64,000 nt of DNA, taken from Marispirochaeta sp. Lineage in GTDB: Bacteria; Spirochaetota; Spirochaetia; JC444; Marispirochaetaceae. The notes under the pieces were generated by a model that was not told where the DNA came from, made no database searches, and saw only the letters and a list, made by a program, of their open reading frames with translations. Shown here piece after piece: positions 21,269 through 31,372 of the stretch. Location of the stretch: contig CAXXFF010000003.1 of assembly GCA_963676835.2 (NCBI GenBank), positions 352,001 to 416,000 on the forward strand, in the 5' to 3' direction. A program made the position numbers and the translations under genes. Every line of letters starts with the position of its first letter. Within the stretch, counting starts at the first letter, position 1.

Positions 21269-22750
21269 ATGAGCAGAGACCTACCCGTTAAGATCCTCAT
21301 GATCGCAAGTGAAGCGGTCCCGTACGCAAAATCAGGCGGCCTGGCAGATATGACCGGATCCCTTACCCGTCACCTGTCGCTCCTTGGTCACGATGTCCGC
21401 CTGCTGCTGCCCGCATACGGACAAAAGGAACTTGAAGGTGAATACCTGGAGTTTCCGGTAAAGGTCGGTTTTAAAGATGAGCCTGTTCGCTGTTACCCAA
21501 GAACATTGCCGGATTGCACCGCCCGGGTCTACCTTCTTTCCCACGAGCTGTTTTTCAGAGAGGGAATCTACGGCAACAGCGACCAGGAGTTTTTTCCGGA
21601 TAACGGTAAGCGGTTTGCTCTTCTATCCCGGGCAGCCTTCAGCCTTATGGAAGAGATCGACTGGAACGCTGATATTCTCCACTCACACGACTGGCCTACC
21701 GCACTGGTGCCTGCCTATCTCGCCTCACTTGAATCGAAATTCAGAAAGCAGGGCACCGTTTCGATCTTTACAATTCATAATATAGGATATCAGGGACTAT
21801 TCTCCCTGCATGACCTGCATTACACCCGGCTGATGCTGAAAGATTTCGGCTATTCATCGGAAGATACCCCGGACCAGCTCAACTACCTGAGAACAGGAAT
21901 TATCAGTGCTGACTGCGTAAGCACAGTCTCCACCAGATATGCAGATGAAATTCAGACCCCCGAGTATGCACATGGGCTTGAACAGGAACTGCAGAACCGC
22001 AGAGAAGACCTTTTCGGAATTATTAACGGCATAGATACTGACATATGGAATCCGGAAAGCGATACGCTTCTGCAGTCACATTACAGCATCAGCGATATGC
22101 GGGGCAAAGCCTTATTAAAACATGAACTGCAGAAACGTGCAGGACTTCCAGAGGACCCGCAGATTCCCCTTATAGGAATTGTCTCCAGGCTGGTAGAGCA
22201 GAAAGGTATGAGGGAACTCTGCGGTCCCGGAGAAGAGAGCCTTGAACGTATACTGCGGGAGCTGGGCTGCCAGATGGTTATCCTCGGTACCGGTGAGACA
22301 TGGTGCGAAGAGGCGCTGGAAGTGCTTGACCGCCGTTTTCCCAACCTGTCTGTACAGATAGGCTTTTCCGAGAAATATGCCCATCTGATTGAAGCAGGGG
22401 CGGATTTCTTTCTTATGCCCTCACGATACGAGCCCTGCGGGCTTAATCAGATGTACTCCCTGCGTTACGGAACAATTCCGGTGGTGAGAAAAACCGGCGG
22501 ACTGGCGGATACAGTAATAGACCTGGACGAGAAGGGACAAAAACCAAACGGTTTTGTTTTTGAAGAAATTCGGGGAGAAGCGATTTATCAGGCTGTTTCC
22601 CGGGCGGTACATACATTCAGGACCGACGGAGAGACAATACATCAGCTTCAGAAAAACGGTATGGAAGCAGACTTTTCCTGGAACCTGTCGGCAGAGCGAT
22701 ATATTCAGCTGTACCGTTATGCCATGAGCCTTGCGGACGCTGATAAATAA
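21269..22750 (+). CDS. glgA: Glycogen synthase
   Basis: KSGGLAD, HSHDW, TIHNIGYQG, MPSRYEPCGLNQMY. Confidence 0.95.
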   Translation: MSRDLPVKILMIASEAVPYAKSGGLADMTGSLTRHLSLLGHDVRLLLPAYGQKELEGEYLEFPVKVGFKDEPVRCYPRTLPDCTARVYLLSHELFFREGIYGNSDQEFFPDNGKRFALLSRAAFSLMEEIDWNADILHSHDWPTALVPAYLASLESKFRKQGTVSIFTIHNIGYQGLFSLHDLHYTRLMLKDFGYSSEDTPDQLNYLRTGIISADCVSTVSTRYADEIQTPEYAHGLEQELQNRREDLFGIINGIDTDIWNPESDTLLQSHYSISDMRGKALLKHELQKRAGLPEDPQIPLIGIVSRLVEQKGMRELCGPGEESLERILRELGCQMVILGTGETWCEEALEVLDRRFPNLSVQIGFSEKYAHLIEAGADFFLMPSRYEPCGLNQMYSLRYGTIPVVRKTGGLADTVIDLDEKGQKPNGFVFEEIRGEAIYQAVSRAVHTFRTDGETIHQLQKNGMEADFSWNLSAERYIQLYRYAMSLADADK

Positions 22751-22763
22751 TTTCAGGGCAGCT

Positions 22764-23888
22764 TTAGATATTCCGCTTTTCAAGCCGGCGTATGCGGTGC
22801 AGGAACTCAGGCTCCTTCTTTACAGCTTGTTCCCCTGTAAGCGAAGCAAGCCCTTTCTTTGCCCATTCCAGAGCCGGTTCCATCTGTCTGCAATGGTGTT
22901 CATAGTATTTTGAAAGCTCTTCGCAAACAACCGGAGACAGCTGTTTCTCTGACAGGCGTTGCCATATAACAGCCGCAGCCTGCATATCACCTCTCCGTTT
23001 TGCCGCAAAGGCCAGCAATACGCCGGCGGTATAATCGCCCTCATCTTCAGCAGTCGCCAGGAGTTCTTCTCCCCGTCGGTCATTACGGCTCAGAAGCCAT
23101 ACACCCAGAGAACGTTTATCAATGCCCTCCGCGGCCAGAGGTTCAGCAAGAATTTTTTCCATATACGCAAGAAGAACAGCCAGACTAAGAATATCCTGCC
23201 GGTGATGGCTGAAGACCTCTTCAAGTGGTTGGGGATTCCCACTTTTCAAAAAATGAAACCATCTGTCCGGGACCTCAGCGCTGGGAAGATCAAGACTTCG
23301 GTGTATCTGCAGAATTTTATCTTCAATATTGCCGAGTCTGCAGGAACCTATTTTTGATTTCCATAATCTTCGGGAGGCATAAAGCAGGTCCGAATGGCCT
23401 GAAAACCGGAAGTGCATTCCATGCATTAATCCCCGGCTAAAAAGAAGCTTCTCATCAAAAGCCCTGCCGTTGTAACTTACCAGACGTGAATCCTCAGGCA
23501 GATTGTTCTTAAGGATATCCAGGAACTCCCCTTCTCCAGGAAAATCACTGAGAAAAAACTGATCTATAACCAGCCTATCCCCGGAATGTCTGCCGAACCC
23601 GGCAAGAAAGGCAATGGTTCCCGCACCGGAGGAGAGCCCCGTTGTTTCAAGATCAAAATAGACCAGATTTTTAGAATCCGTATTCAAGGGGAGGAACAAA
23701 CCGCTTAATGGTTGATTAAAAAATGTAACAGGAAATATGGATGTGCGTTGATACACAAAATCTGAAACCCGGTGGAACCCGGGAATATCCATTTCCGGAA
23801 TATCCCGCTTTGCAGAAGCCTGTTCAAGTGGAGCTTCCCTGGAAAGTCTCAAATGTTTCAGCCGGGAAGAGAGTCCGGGCCTAGGCAT
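22764..23888 (-). CDS. YprB/MrfB-like RNase H-fold exonuclease with TPR-like C-terminus
   Basis: FDLETTGL, SYNGRAFD, DLLYASRRLW; coupled to the YprA-like helicase. Confidence 0.8.
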   Translation of the reverse strand: MPRPGLSSRLKHLRLSREAPLEQASAKRDIPEMDIPGFHRVSDFVYQRTSIFPVTFFNQPLSGLFLPLNTDSKNLVYFDLETTGLSSGAGTIAFLAGFGRHSGDRLVIDQFFLSDFPGEGEFLDILKNNLPEDSRLVSYNGRAFDEKLLFSRGLMHGMHFRFSGHSDLLYASRRLWKSKIGSCRLGNIEDKILQIHRSLDLPSAEVPDRWFHFLKSGNPQPLEEVFSHHRQDILSLAVLLAYMEKILAEPLAAEGIDKRSLGVWLLSRNDRRGEELLATAEDEGDYTAGVLLAFAAKRRGDMQAAAVIWQRLSEKQLSPVVCEELSKYYEHHCRQMEPALEWAKKGLASLTGEQAVKKEPEFLHRIRRLEKRNI

Positions 23889-26178
23889 TTCCCTGCCACC
23901 GGTTGAAAAATTCTCGGATTATCTCCTTACGGTTAAAATCCCCCTCATCGGCTTCGCTGATGTCTGCGGCACCTATACATGAAGGGCAGCCTTCAGAGCA
24001 TCCGCATAGGTCAACAACTTCTGCCGCTGCGGCAATAATGGCGGGCAGTTCATGTCCGACCGCCTCGGCAAGGCCGGTTCCTCCGGGATAACGGTCATAG
24101 AGGTACAATGCAGGTGAGCCGAAATGGGGATCCCGTAGCCGTTCTGCGACACCCAGGTCATTACGGTCACACAAAAGAAACACCGGGGCCACATTCTTTA
24201 TAAGAGTGCCGATCCTGGCAATAACCTGTTCCTGAACTTCCCTGGGCACATCATTAAAACCGTCCCCGGCGGAGGTTCCACCCTGAAAAACCATAACCGC
24301 CCCCCGGGTATGCATCTGTTCTTCCGGAAGATGAATCTCTCCATAGCCTATATTCTCATGAGAATGGAAGCGGAGCTTCTTGAACTTTGCCACCTGGCTG
24401 CGGACAAGGAGATCCCCGACGATGCAGAGTGTACCGGCGGTTGATTCCCTCGAATCTTCGGTGAGAACCTTTATATCGCTTTTAACCACTGCATCGGTGT
24501 AATAATTGACATTACTGCTTTCAACCTCACAGCGGCGATTTTCTATATCCAGTTTTTTAACAACAAACTGGCTGCCCCGGTGGATATAAATTGCATTATC
24601 AAATATAAGCTCTTTTGCGGAAGGACGGTCCATTTCGCCGATTACCCTGTTTCCACCGCCGGTGGTATCCACGATAACCACATTATCCGCCGTAGCGGAT
24701 CTCAGGGAAATCTCTTCCGAAGGATATGAGCGGTCCGCCCAGTACCATTTTCCTCCGGTATGCCGTACAACCCCTTCCGCCTGAAGCTCCTGCAGCAGTT
24801 CATCAATTGCTCCGCCGAACTCATCGCCGTCGGAAAAAGGCAGCTCGAATACCGCGCATTTGAGATGATCCATAAGAATAAAGAGGTTATCGGGATCAAT
24901 ATGGGCAGATTCCGGCGGCCTTTTAAGAAAGTATTCGGGATGCTGCATTATATACTGATCAACCGGCCCGGATGTGGCAATCATTACTGCCATAGAAAGC
25001 TCACTGCTCCTTCCGGCCCGCCCTGCCTGCTGCCAGGAGGAGGCAATGGATCCCGGAAAACCTGCCATTATAGCTGCATCCAGGCCCCCGATATCGATTC
25101 CCAGTTCGAGAGCATTGGTGGAGACCACCCCCATGATACTGCCGTCCCGAAGCCCCTTCTCTATAGCCCGTCTTTCATTGGGAAGATACCCGCCCCGGTA
25201 GGCTTCAACCTGGGGGATCTCTCCCTGGAGGTAATGATTTTTCAGGGATTGATTTATATAGCTTGCAATCAGCTCCACCCGCAGCCGGGAGCGGCTGAAA
25301 ACAATGGTTTTAACCCCCTTTCTTATCAGCTTCAAAGCCAGGCGCTGGGATTCATTTACCGTGCCACGACGAATTCCCTGAACCTTGTCTACATAAGCAG
25401 GATTATACAGAATCAGATGCTTTTCCCCGGCGGGTGCACCGTTTTCATCGATCAGGGCCACCGGTTCTTCTATAATTTTTTCTGCAAGCTCTGCAGGATT
25501 GCCGATAGTGGCACTGCAGCAGATAAAAACCGGATCCGAGCCGTAAAACCGGGCTATCCGTTTAAGCCTGCGCACCACATTGGTCATATGAGAACCGAAT
25601 ACTCCCCGATAGGTATGCACTTCATCGATAACCACATATTTAAGGGAGCTGAAAAAGCGGATCCATTTGGGATGGTTGGGCAGAACCCCGGAATGAAGCA
25701 TATCGGGATTGGAAATTATTATGCGCCCGGAATCCCTGGCGGAGACACGGACGGAATTCGGGGTATCCCCGTCGTAGGTTGCAATTTTAATACCGACTTC
25801 ACCGGCAAGGACAATCTCATTCAATGCTGACTGCTGATCCTGACTCAGGGCTTTGGTTGGGAAAAGATAGAGCCCCCTGGCTGAAGAATCTTCAAGAAGC
25901 CCCTGCAGTACCGGCAGATTATAGCTGAGGGTTTTACCGGATGCCGTAGGTGTAACCACTACAACATTCCTTCCTTTTCTTACTTCATTGAACGAACGGG
26001 CCTGATGAGTATACAGACGGTTAATACCATGGCTGGAAAGAACCTCTGTTAGACTGTGATGGAGGTCCTCGGGAAAGTCGGTATAATGCCCTTTTCTTGC
26101 GGGTATTTTTTCCCAATGCACAACCTGATCCATAAAATCCCGGTCACATTTCAAAGCATCAAGAATTGCGGTTTCCAT
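23881..26178 (-). CDS. YprA/MrfA (Hrq1-like) DEAD/DEAH helicase with DUF1998 Zn domain
   Basis: TPTASGKT, DEVH, TNALELGIDIG, QQAGRAGR, YDRYPGGTG, CGCSEGCPSC; start at 26178. Confidence 0.88.
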   Translation of the reverse strand: METAILDALKCDRDFMDQVVHWEKIPARKGHYTDFPEDLHHSLTEVLSSHGINRLYTHQARSFNEVRKGRNVVVVTPTASGKTLSYNLPVLQGLLEDSSARGLYLFPTKALSQDQQSALNEIVLAGEVGIKIATYDGDTPNSVRVSARDSGRIIISNPDMLHSGVLPNHPKWIRFFSSLKYVVIDEVHTYRGVFGSHMTNVVRRLKRIARFYGSDPVFICCSATIGNPAELAEKIIEEPVALIDENGAPAGEKHLILYNPAYVDKVQGIRRGTVNESQRLALKLIRKGVKTIVFSRSRLRVELIASYINQSLKNHYLQGEIPQVEAYRGGYLPNERRAIEKGLRDGSIMGVVSTNALELGIDIGGLDAAIMAGFPGSIASSWQQAGRAGRSSELSMAVMIATSGPVDQYIMQHPEYFLKRPPESAHIDPDNLFILMDHLKCAVFELPFSDGDEFGGAIDELLQELQAEGVVRHTGGKWYWADRSYPSEEISLRSATADNVVIVDTTGGGNRVIGEMDRPSAKELIFDNAIYIHRGSQFVVKKLDIENRRCEVESSNVNYYTDAVVKSDIKVLTEDSRESTAGTLCIVGDLLVRSQVAKFKKLRFHSHENIGYGEIHLPEEQMHTRGAVMVFQGGTSAGDGFNDVPREVQEQVIARIGTLIKNVAPVFLLCDRNDLGVAERLRDPHFGSPALYLYDRYPGGTGLAEAVGHELPAIIAAAAEVVDLCGCSEGCPSCIGAADISEADEGDFNRKEIIREFFNRWQGNA

Positions 26179-26275
26179 GGGGTGGATAGTAGCACAGATT
26201 TTCACTATTTTCATAGATCGCCTTGACCGGATAAGAATTGGTGAAATACTATAATTAAGACAGGAGGCCCCAGGA

Positions 26276-27556
26276 ATGCCCGAGATTCTGGCTATAGTTT
26301 TAGGCGGCGGAAAAGGAACACGACTGTACCCTCTCACCCAGCAGCGGGCAAAACCTGCAGTACCCTTCGGGGGAAAGTACAGACTGGTAGATATTCCCAT
26401 TTCCAACTGCATAAACTCCGATATGAAACAGATTTATATTCTCACCCAGTTCAACTCGGTATCTCTGCATAATCACCTGGCCAGTACCTATATCTTTGAT
26501 GTTTTCAGCCGGGGATTCGTGGAAATTCTGGCCGCCGAACAGACCTTTGAAAATACAAGCTGGTACGAAGGCACAGCAGATGCGGTCCGCAAAAACTTTC
26601 CCCATTTTAATGTTCAGAAACCTACACACTATATAATACTCTCCGGGGACCAGCTCTACCGCATGGACCTGCGCCAGATGTTTCAGAATCACCTTGATTC
26701 CGGAGCGGAAGTTACCCTTGCGGCAACACCGGTAGACCGTCTTGCTGCGACGGGACTCGGAATCCTCCAGACAGACAGCCGTGCACGGGTAACCAGTTTT
26801 CTGGAAAAACCTCCCATGGAAACGGACATTGAGAATCTGAAAATTCATGACAGTCTTCATCCCGATAAAGAGATGCAGGATCAGGGTAAAAACTATCTCG
26901 CCAGTATGGGTATGTACATCTTCAACGCCAAAGCCCTGGAAGAGATGCTGGATAACGATGAGACCGACTTTGGTAAAGAGATTATTCCCCGCGCAATTGC
27001 CAGCAAAGCCGTAAACGCCTATATCTTCACCGGTTTCTGGGAAGATATAGGAACCATACGGAGTTTCTATGATATCAATATCGATCTGGCCAGCCTGAAC
27101 CCAAAATTCAACTTTTATGATGAAAAAATGCCCATTTACACCAACCGCAGGTACCTTCCGGCGACAAAGATGAACTACTGCACCATAAGCCAGTCACTGG
27201 CTGCCGAAGGAAGTATCATTACCAATGCGTTTATATCAGAGTCGCTTATCGGCGTACGGACCATGATAGAACCGGGCTCCGATCTTCAGGGAGTAATAGC
27301 CATGGGCGCATCTGAATATGAAACCCCCGAAGAAAAAGCCCATAACCGGGAAATCGGGCAGCCGGATATCGGTATCGGCAGGGGAACTCATATACGCCGG
27401 GCGATAATAGATCAGAACTGCCGGATCGGCGATGACTGCAAAATCGGAATCGATGAAACAGAGAGAAAAGACGGCGACTTTGGAAATTATCATGTCAGAG
27501 ACGGCATAATCATAATACCCAAAAACACTATTATCCCCGCAGGAACTGTTATTTAG
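26276..27556 (+). CDS. glgC: Glucose-1-phosphate adenylyltransferase
   Basis: GGGKGTRLYPLT, RAKPAVPFGGKYRL, GTADAVR, WEDIGTI. Confidence 0.95.
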   Translation: MPEILAIVLGGGKGTRLYPLTQQRAKPAVPFGGKYRLVDIPISNCINSDMKQIYILTQFNSVSLHNHLASTYIFDVFSRGFVEILAAEQTFENTSWYEGTADAVRKNFPHFNVQKPTHYIILSGDQLYRMDLRQMFQNHLDSGAEVTLAATPVDRLAATGLGILQTDSRARVTSFLEKPPMETDIENLKIHDSLHPDKEMQDQGKNYLASMGMYIFNAKALEEMLDNDETDFGKEIIPRAIASKAVNAYIFTGFWEDIGTIRSFYDINIDLASLNPKFNFYDEKMPIYTNRRYLPATKMNYCTISQSLAAEGSIITNAFISESLIGVRTMIEPGSDLQGVIAMGASEYETPEEKAHNREIGQPDIGIGRGTHIRRAIIDQNCRIGDDCKIGIDETERKDGDFGNYHVRDGIIIIPKNTIIPAGTVI

Positions 27557-27564
27557 AGGGGCAA

Positions 27565-27945
27565 TCAGTTGTTGATAAGATAATTTACAATCTGACTGTC
27601 AGAAGCAGCCATGGGGTACTCTTTCAGGGACCCAATCTCCACCCAGTCTACCCTGCTGTGTTCCAGAAGGGTGAAATCCTCAGTCTCCAGAATGACATCG
27701 AAAGCAAGCAGGCGGTATTCCCTGTCACGGTTGGTGAAAAAGCCTTCAAAAAGCTGAGCCCCCACCTGAACGGCTACGCCAAGCTCTTCATGGAATTCCC
27801 GGGTCAGCGCCTCTTCCGGTGTTTCATAGTCCCGGGCTTTTCCACCGGGGAATTCCCAGCTTTCTCCAATACTTGTACCGGGCTTTCTCAGGGCAATCAA
27901 AACCCTGTTATCCCTGCGTATAATTCCAGCTGTAGATATTCGCAT
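27565..27945 (-). CDS. NUDIX hydrolase (MutT/NudG-like)
   Basis: WEFPGGK...ETPEEALTREFHEELG Nudix box. Confidence 0.88.
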   Translation of the reverse strand: MRISTAGIIRRDNRVLIALRKPGTSIGESWEFPGGKARDYETPEEALTREFHEELGVAVQVGAQLFEGFFTNRDREYRLLAFDVILETEDFTLLEHSRVDWVEIGSLKEYPMAASDSQIVNYLINN

Positions 27946-27948
27946 AGG

Positions 27949-28362
27949 CTATAAAAGTACAAAACGGGGAAGAATGTAATGGGCAATACCGGAAAGAACG
28001 GTAATAATTCCTATTACATCCCTGTAAGCATAGATATATTTATCCATAAAGGAAGTTGTATCGGAATCAACATCGGATACCTTTTTGTAATATCCGTAGA
28101 AAAGACAGATGCCCGTAATGATTGCAAGAAGAGCAGGGATAAGATCCTGAATAAAGGAACCGTTGATGGTAGACGGGAAAATCAACTTCAGAACACCGGT
28201 TACAACCATCCCGAGGGATATAATAGTGATATAAGCCTTGTTCTCAGCCATAAAGGCCTGAAGTTTTCCAACCGCCGGCAGCTTTTCCTTGAGAAAATCT
28301 GCAGCAAGCAATGCTCCACCAAAAATATTGAGAAGAACTGAAAGAAGAAAAATCTGGAACAT
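27949..28362 (-). CDS. Hypothetical membrane protein
   Basis: Four hydrophobic segments; SD AAGGGG. Confidence 0.65.
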   Translation of the reverse strand: MFQIFLLSVLLNIFGGALLAADFLKEKLPAVGKLQAFMAENKAYITIISLGMVVTGVLKLIFPSTINGSFIQDLIPALLAIITGICLFYGYYKKVSDVDSDTTSFMDKYIYAYRDVIGIITVLSGIAHYILPRFVLL

Positions 28363-28432
28363 TGTATCCCCCTTTTATATCTATAAGAATACAATATCCA
28401 AGGTGGAACTAAAAATCAATACAAAGATTCTA

Positions 28433-28738
28433 TTATGCCTCTTGCTTGTCACGATAGAGAGTAATCATTTGCTTAAAAGCTGAATTATCCTTTTTTAACT
28501 CGCGGCTTCCCCGGGTTATCTTGCATAGACTTAAGCCAAGCTCTTTAGCGATATTGCGCTGACTCATGCCATCATCAATCAGACGAACCAGTGCCCAGCG
28601 TTTTGTCACCTCATCGATCTCGTACTCTGTGAGCAGACTTCTCAGGAAATCTTCAATTAATAAACTGTTATCAGTTGCTGCCAGGGCAGAGCAAAGCTCC
28701 CTCAAGGCGGCTTCAGACTCAGAAATGTTCTTTTCCAT
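28433..28738 (-). CDS. TrpR/YerC-like transcriptional regulator
   Basis: LLTEYE...RW...SQRNIAKELGLSLCKITRGSRELK. Confidence 0.8.
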   Translation of the reverse strand: MEKNISESEAALRELCSALAATDNSLLIEDFLRSLLTEYEIDEVTKRWALVRLIDDGMSQRNIAKELGLSLCKITRGSRELKKDNSAFKQMITLYRDKQEA

Positions 28739-28858
28739 AGAATCAATATAGTAAAAATAGTCTCCCTTATGCAACAAGAAGATCAAAATCCTTGATTCGG
28801 CGGGAAAAAGCGTTTAAAATTTCAATTAAGGTTAAATTCAGGTAGACGAGGAACTTGC

Positions 28859-29134
28859 ATGGCATTAGATGATCTGTATGATTTTTCTCAGATCCGCAAT
28901 CAGGCGGAAAAAATTGTGATTGAAGAGATTGAGAAACAGCTTCCCGAAGAAATTCTTGAAAACAATGAAGAACTGATTCTCGACATAGCTACCTATGCGC
29001 TGAATCATATACGGCCGATCTACAGCTATACACTTCTGGGGAAACTCTATACGGATAATCTGGAAGACGACTACTATAAGGAAGTTAAAAATACTGTAGC
29101 CAAAGCCATTCTGAAGATCCGCAGCAATCCTTAA
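28859..29134 (+). CDS. ComFB-family (late competence development) protein
   Basis: N.AE..V...DIATYALNHIRPIY...NP pattern. Confidence 0.7.
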   Translation: MALDDLYDFSQIRNQAEKIVIEEIEKQLPEEILENNEELILDIATYALNHIRPIYSYTLLGKLYTDNLEDDYYKEVKNTVAKAILKIRSNP

Positions 29135-29544
29135 GAATCTGAACGGATATGCAGAAAGGTTAGAATCTTTCTTTCCATTGAAGCAAGCCCGTTTCTTCTT
29201 CCCGGAGTGAGGTGTTCCGCAAGCCCCATCTCCATGAAGATTTCTGAAGCTTCAGGGGGGAGCGGATCACCTGGCTTGAAGCCTTCATAAAGAGCAGCAA
29301 GCACTGCTGCCAGCCCTTTTACCAGTGCAGAATCACTGTCCACCAGAATCCTGAGAGAGGAGTCTCTGCCGGTCCAATCCGGAACCAGCCACACCTGGCT
29401 CATACATCCCTTTACCTTGTTACTGTCTATTCTCAATTCTTCAGGATAATCGGGCAGTTCCCGGCCGAGATCCATAATATATTCAAAACGATCTTCCCAG
29501 GCCTGAAGAAAGGCGAGATCATCTTTTATCTGCTGGATATTCAT
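29131..29544 (-). CDS. sufE: SufE family Fe-S assembly sulfur acceptor
   Basis: WEDRFEYIMDLG, KVKGCMSQVW, DSDSALVKG, LTPGRRNGL. Confidence 0.88.
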   Translation of the reverse strand: MNIQQIKDDLAFLQAWEDRFEYIMDLGRELPDYPEELRIDSNKVKGCMSQVWLVPDWTGRDSSLRILVDSDSALVKGLAAVLAALYEGFKPGDPLPPEASEIFMEMGLAEHLTPGRRNGLASMERKILTFLHIRSDS

Positions 29545-29550
29545 ATACTG

Positions 29551-29988
29551 CTATTTCCCGCAAGTAAGACTGTTCAGTCTTTCGTTCAGTTCCGGATTTT
29601 CTTTTTTCAGATCCATGATTTTTTCCGTTAAACATTCCAGTTTGACAGCAATTTCCAGGGGCATGGAATGTTCTATCTTACAGGCTATTTCCTCTGCTGT
29701 CTCTGAATCCACATCCAGCATGTTATGCAGAAAAGTATGAATTATACGGTGTTTATTATATACAGAGCTTGCAGCCTTCATGCCCGATGCAGTAAGGGTT
29801 ATAAATGAGTTTTTTTCGTAGTCCACCAGCCCTCTCTCCCGTAAATTCCTGACAGCACCGGTAACCGAGGGCATTTGTACATTCAAATGTTCAGCTATAT
29901 CCTTTACCCGGGCCACACGGTTTTTCCGTTCCAGATAGTAGATAGCCTCAAGATAGTCTTCCAGACTCTGACTCAGTTGATTTCCCAT
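29551..29988 (-). CDS. DtxR/MntR family metal-dependent repressor
   Basis: SLEDYLEAIY, VKDIAEHLNVQMPSVT, ACKIEH. Confidence 0.9.
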   Translation of the reverse strand: MGNQLSQSLEDYLEAIYYLERKNRVARVKDIAEHLNVQMPSVTGAVRNLRERGLVDYEKNSFITLTASGMKAASSVYNKHRIIHTFLHNMLDVDSETAEEIACKIEHSMPLEIAVKLECLTEKIMDLKKENPELNERLNSLTCGK

Positions 29989-30130
29989 TAAAGTTAGAAT
30001 ACCCTAATAAAGATAGGGAATCAAGATTAATATGAATGGCATTATTCTGTCAGCCGGCGGCCGATTGCTTGACCTGTCTTCCAAAACCACGTACTGTGAA
30101 GCATATCTGCAGTCGTTAACGGGATGAGGA

Positions 30131-30700
30131 ATGGCAGCACGGAGCAAGAATAAAGGAATTGATAACAGAGATAATATTCTGAAGAATGCCCGCCGGATTC
30201 TTCAGAAAAAAGGCGGTCAGAACACAAGCCTTGCTGACATAGCCAAAGCAGCCGGCATAAGCAAAGGTACCCTCTATTACTACTACTCCTCCAAAGCCGA
30301 TCTCATCTACGATATTACCCAGGAACACATGAAGTCCATAACTGGTATGCTGTTGAAAACAGTTGAAGATAAGGCAGACACCGGCGATGCCGCCGCCATT
30401 ATGACCATCGTATATGAAACTATCATCAAGGCGGAAGCACGAGGTCGCCTTCACCTCTACCTTTTACAGGAAGCAGTCCTTGGTAACGCTGAGCTTCAGA
30501 AAAAGTTTCAGGAAGCATACGGCGAATGGCTGGAGATGATAACCACAGGATTAAAAAAGGTGCTTAAAGAAAGAACCGATGTGGATATGCTGGCCCATGT
30601 CTTTCTTACCAGTCTCACCGGCGGGATAATACAGCAGCTTATCGGAAACAAAAATCTTCCCCTGCAAAACATGGCCCATTGGCTAACCCATAGAGAATAG
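30131..30700 (+). CDS. TetR/AcrR family regulator
   Basis: TSLADIAKAAGISKGTLYYYYSSKADL. Confidence 0.9.
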   Translation: MAARSKNKGIDNRDNILKNARRILQKKGGQNTSLADIAKAAGISKGTLYYYYSSKADLIYDITQEHMKSITGMLLKTVEDKADTGDAAAIMTIVYETIIKAEARGRLHLYLLQEAVLGNAELQKKFQEAYGEWLEMITTGLKKVLKERTDVDMLAHVFLTSLTGGIIQQLIGNKNLPLQNMAHWLTHRE

Positions 30701-30770
30701 ACCTTTTTTGTATTGGATATTGACTTTCGATGCACATCACTTTATAAATACTTAAGAGGCTTTAGTTATA

Positions 30771-31346
30771 ATGAATGACAACATACGCCATCGCTTTGGC
30801 GAAATCCTCAGAACTGTGCGCGAAAGACGGGGAATTACTCTAAAACAGGTTGCCGGAAAAATCGGCGTCAGTGAAAGCCTTATCTCCCAGATTGAACGCA
30901 ACAAGGTATCCCCTTCGGTGGATACCCTGATCAGCCTCGCGGATGTTCTGGAAATAGACCTTGAGTACCTTTTTAAAGACTACAAGCGCCGCAAAGGCGC
31001 CACAGTGGTAAAACCGGAAGATAGGATTACCAGGACATCCGGCGGAGTAAGCTATGAAAAGCTTACTATTATAGACGACCCCAGGGAGGAGTTTGCCGTT
31101 GAAGCCCTGATGCTCAGCCTTGATCCGGGATCTGAAAGGGGAGACAAGGAGTACGGCCACAGGGGAAAGGAACTTGGGGTGATTCTGGAAGGGGCAGGAC
31201 AGCTGGAGTACGGCGATAAGCAGTATGACCTCAGCCGGGGTGACTGTGTCTCTTTCGATTCGGACATTCCCCACACATTGAAAAACTGCGGCTCCGTTGC
31301 TATGAAAGCCGTATGGATTATAACACCACCAAAACATTCAGACTGA
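30771..31346 (+). CDS. XRE-family HTH regulator with cupin domain
   Basis: GVSESLISQIERNKVSPS; GDCVSFDSDIPH. Confidence 0.88.
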   Translation: MNDNIRHRFGEILRTVRERRGITLKQVAGKIGVSESLISQIERNKVSPSVDTLISLADVLEIDLEYLFKDYKRRKGATVVKPEDRITRTSGGVSYEKLTIIDDPREEFAVEALMLSLDPGSERGDKEYGHRGKELGVILEGAGQLEYGDKQYDLSRGDCVSFDSDIPHTLKNCGSVAMKAVWIITPPKHSD

Positions 31347-31372
31347 AATCTGAAATATTTCAAGGAGAAAAT

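Noticed and set aside
14725..25830. Long antisense ORFs (14725-15558, 16331-17455, 24760-25830)
   Set aside because: Shadow frames opposite well-supported genes
23881..26178. DISARM/Druantia-type defence helicase (DUF1998)
   Set aside because: Partner is a YprB-like exonuclease; no methylase, DrmA or other defence genes nearby
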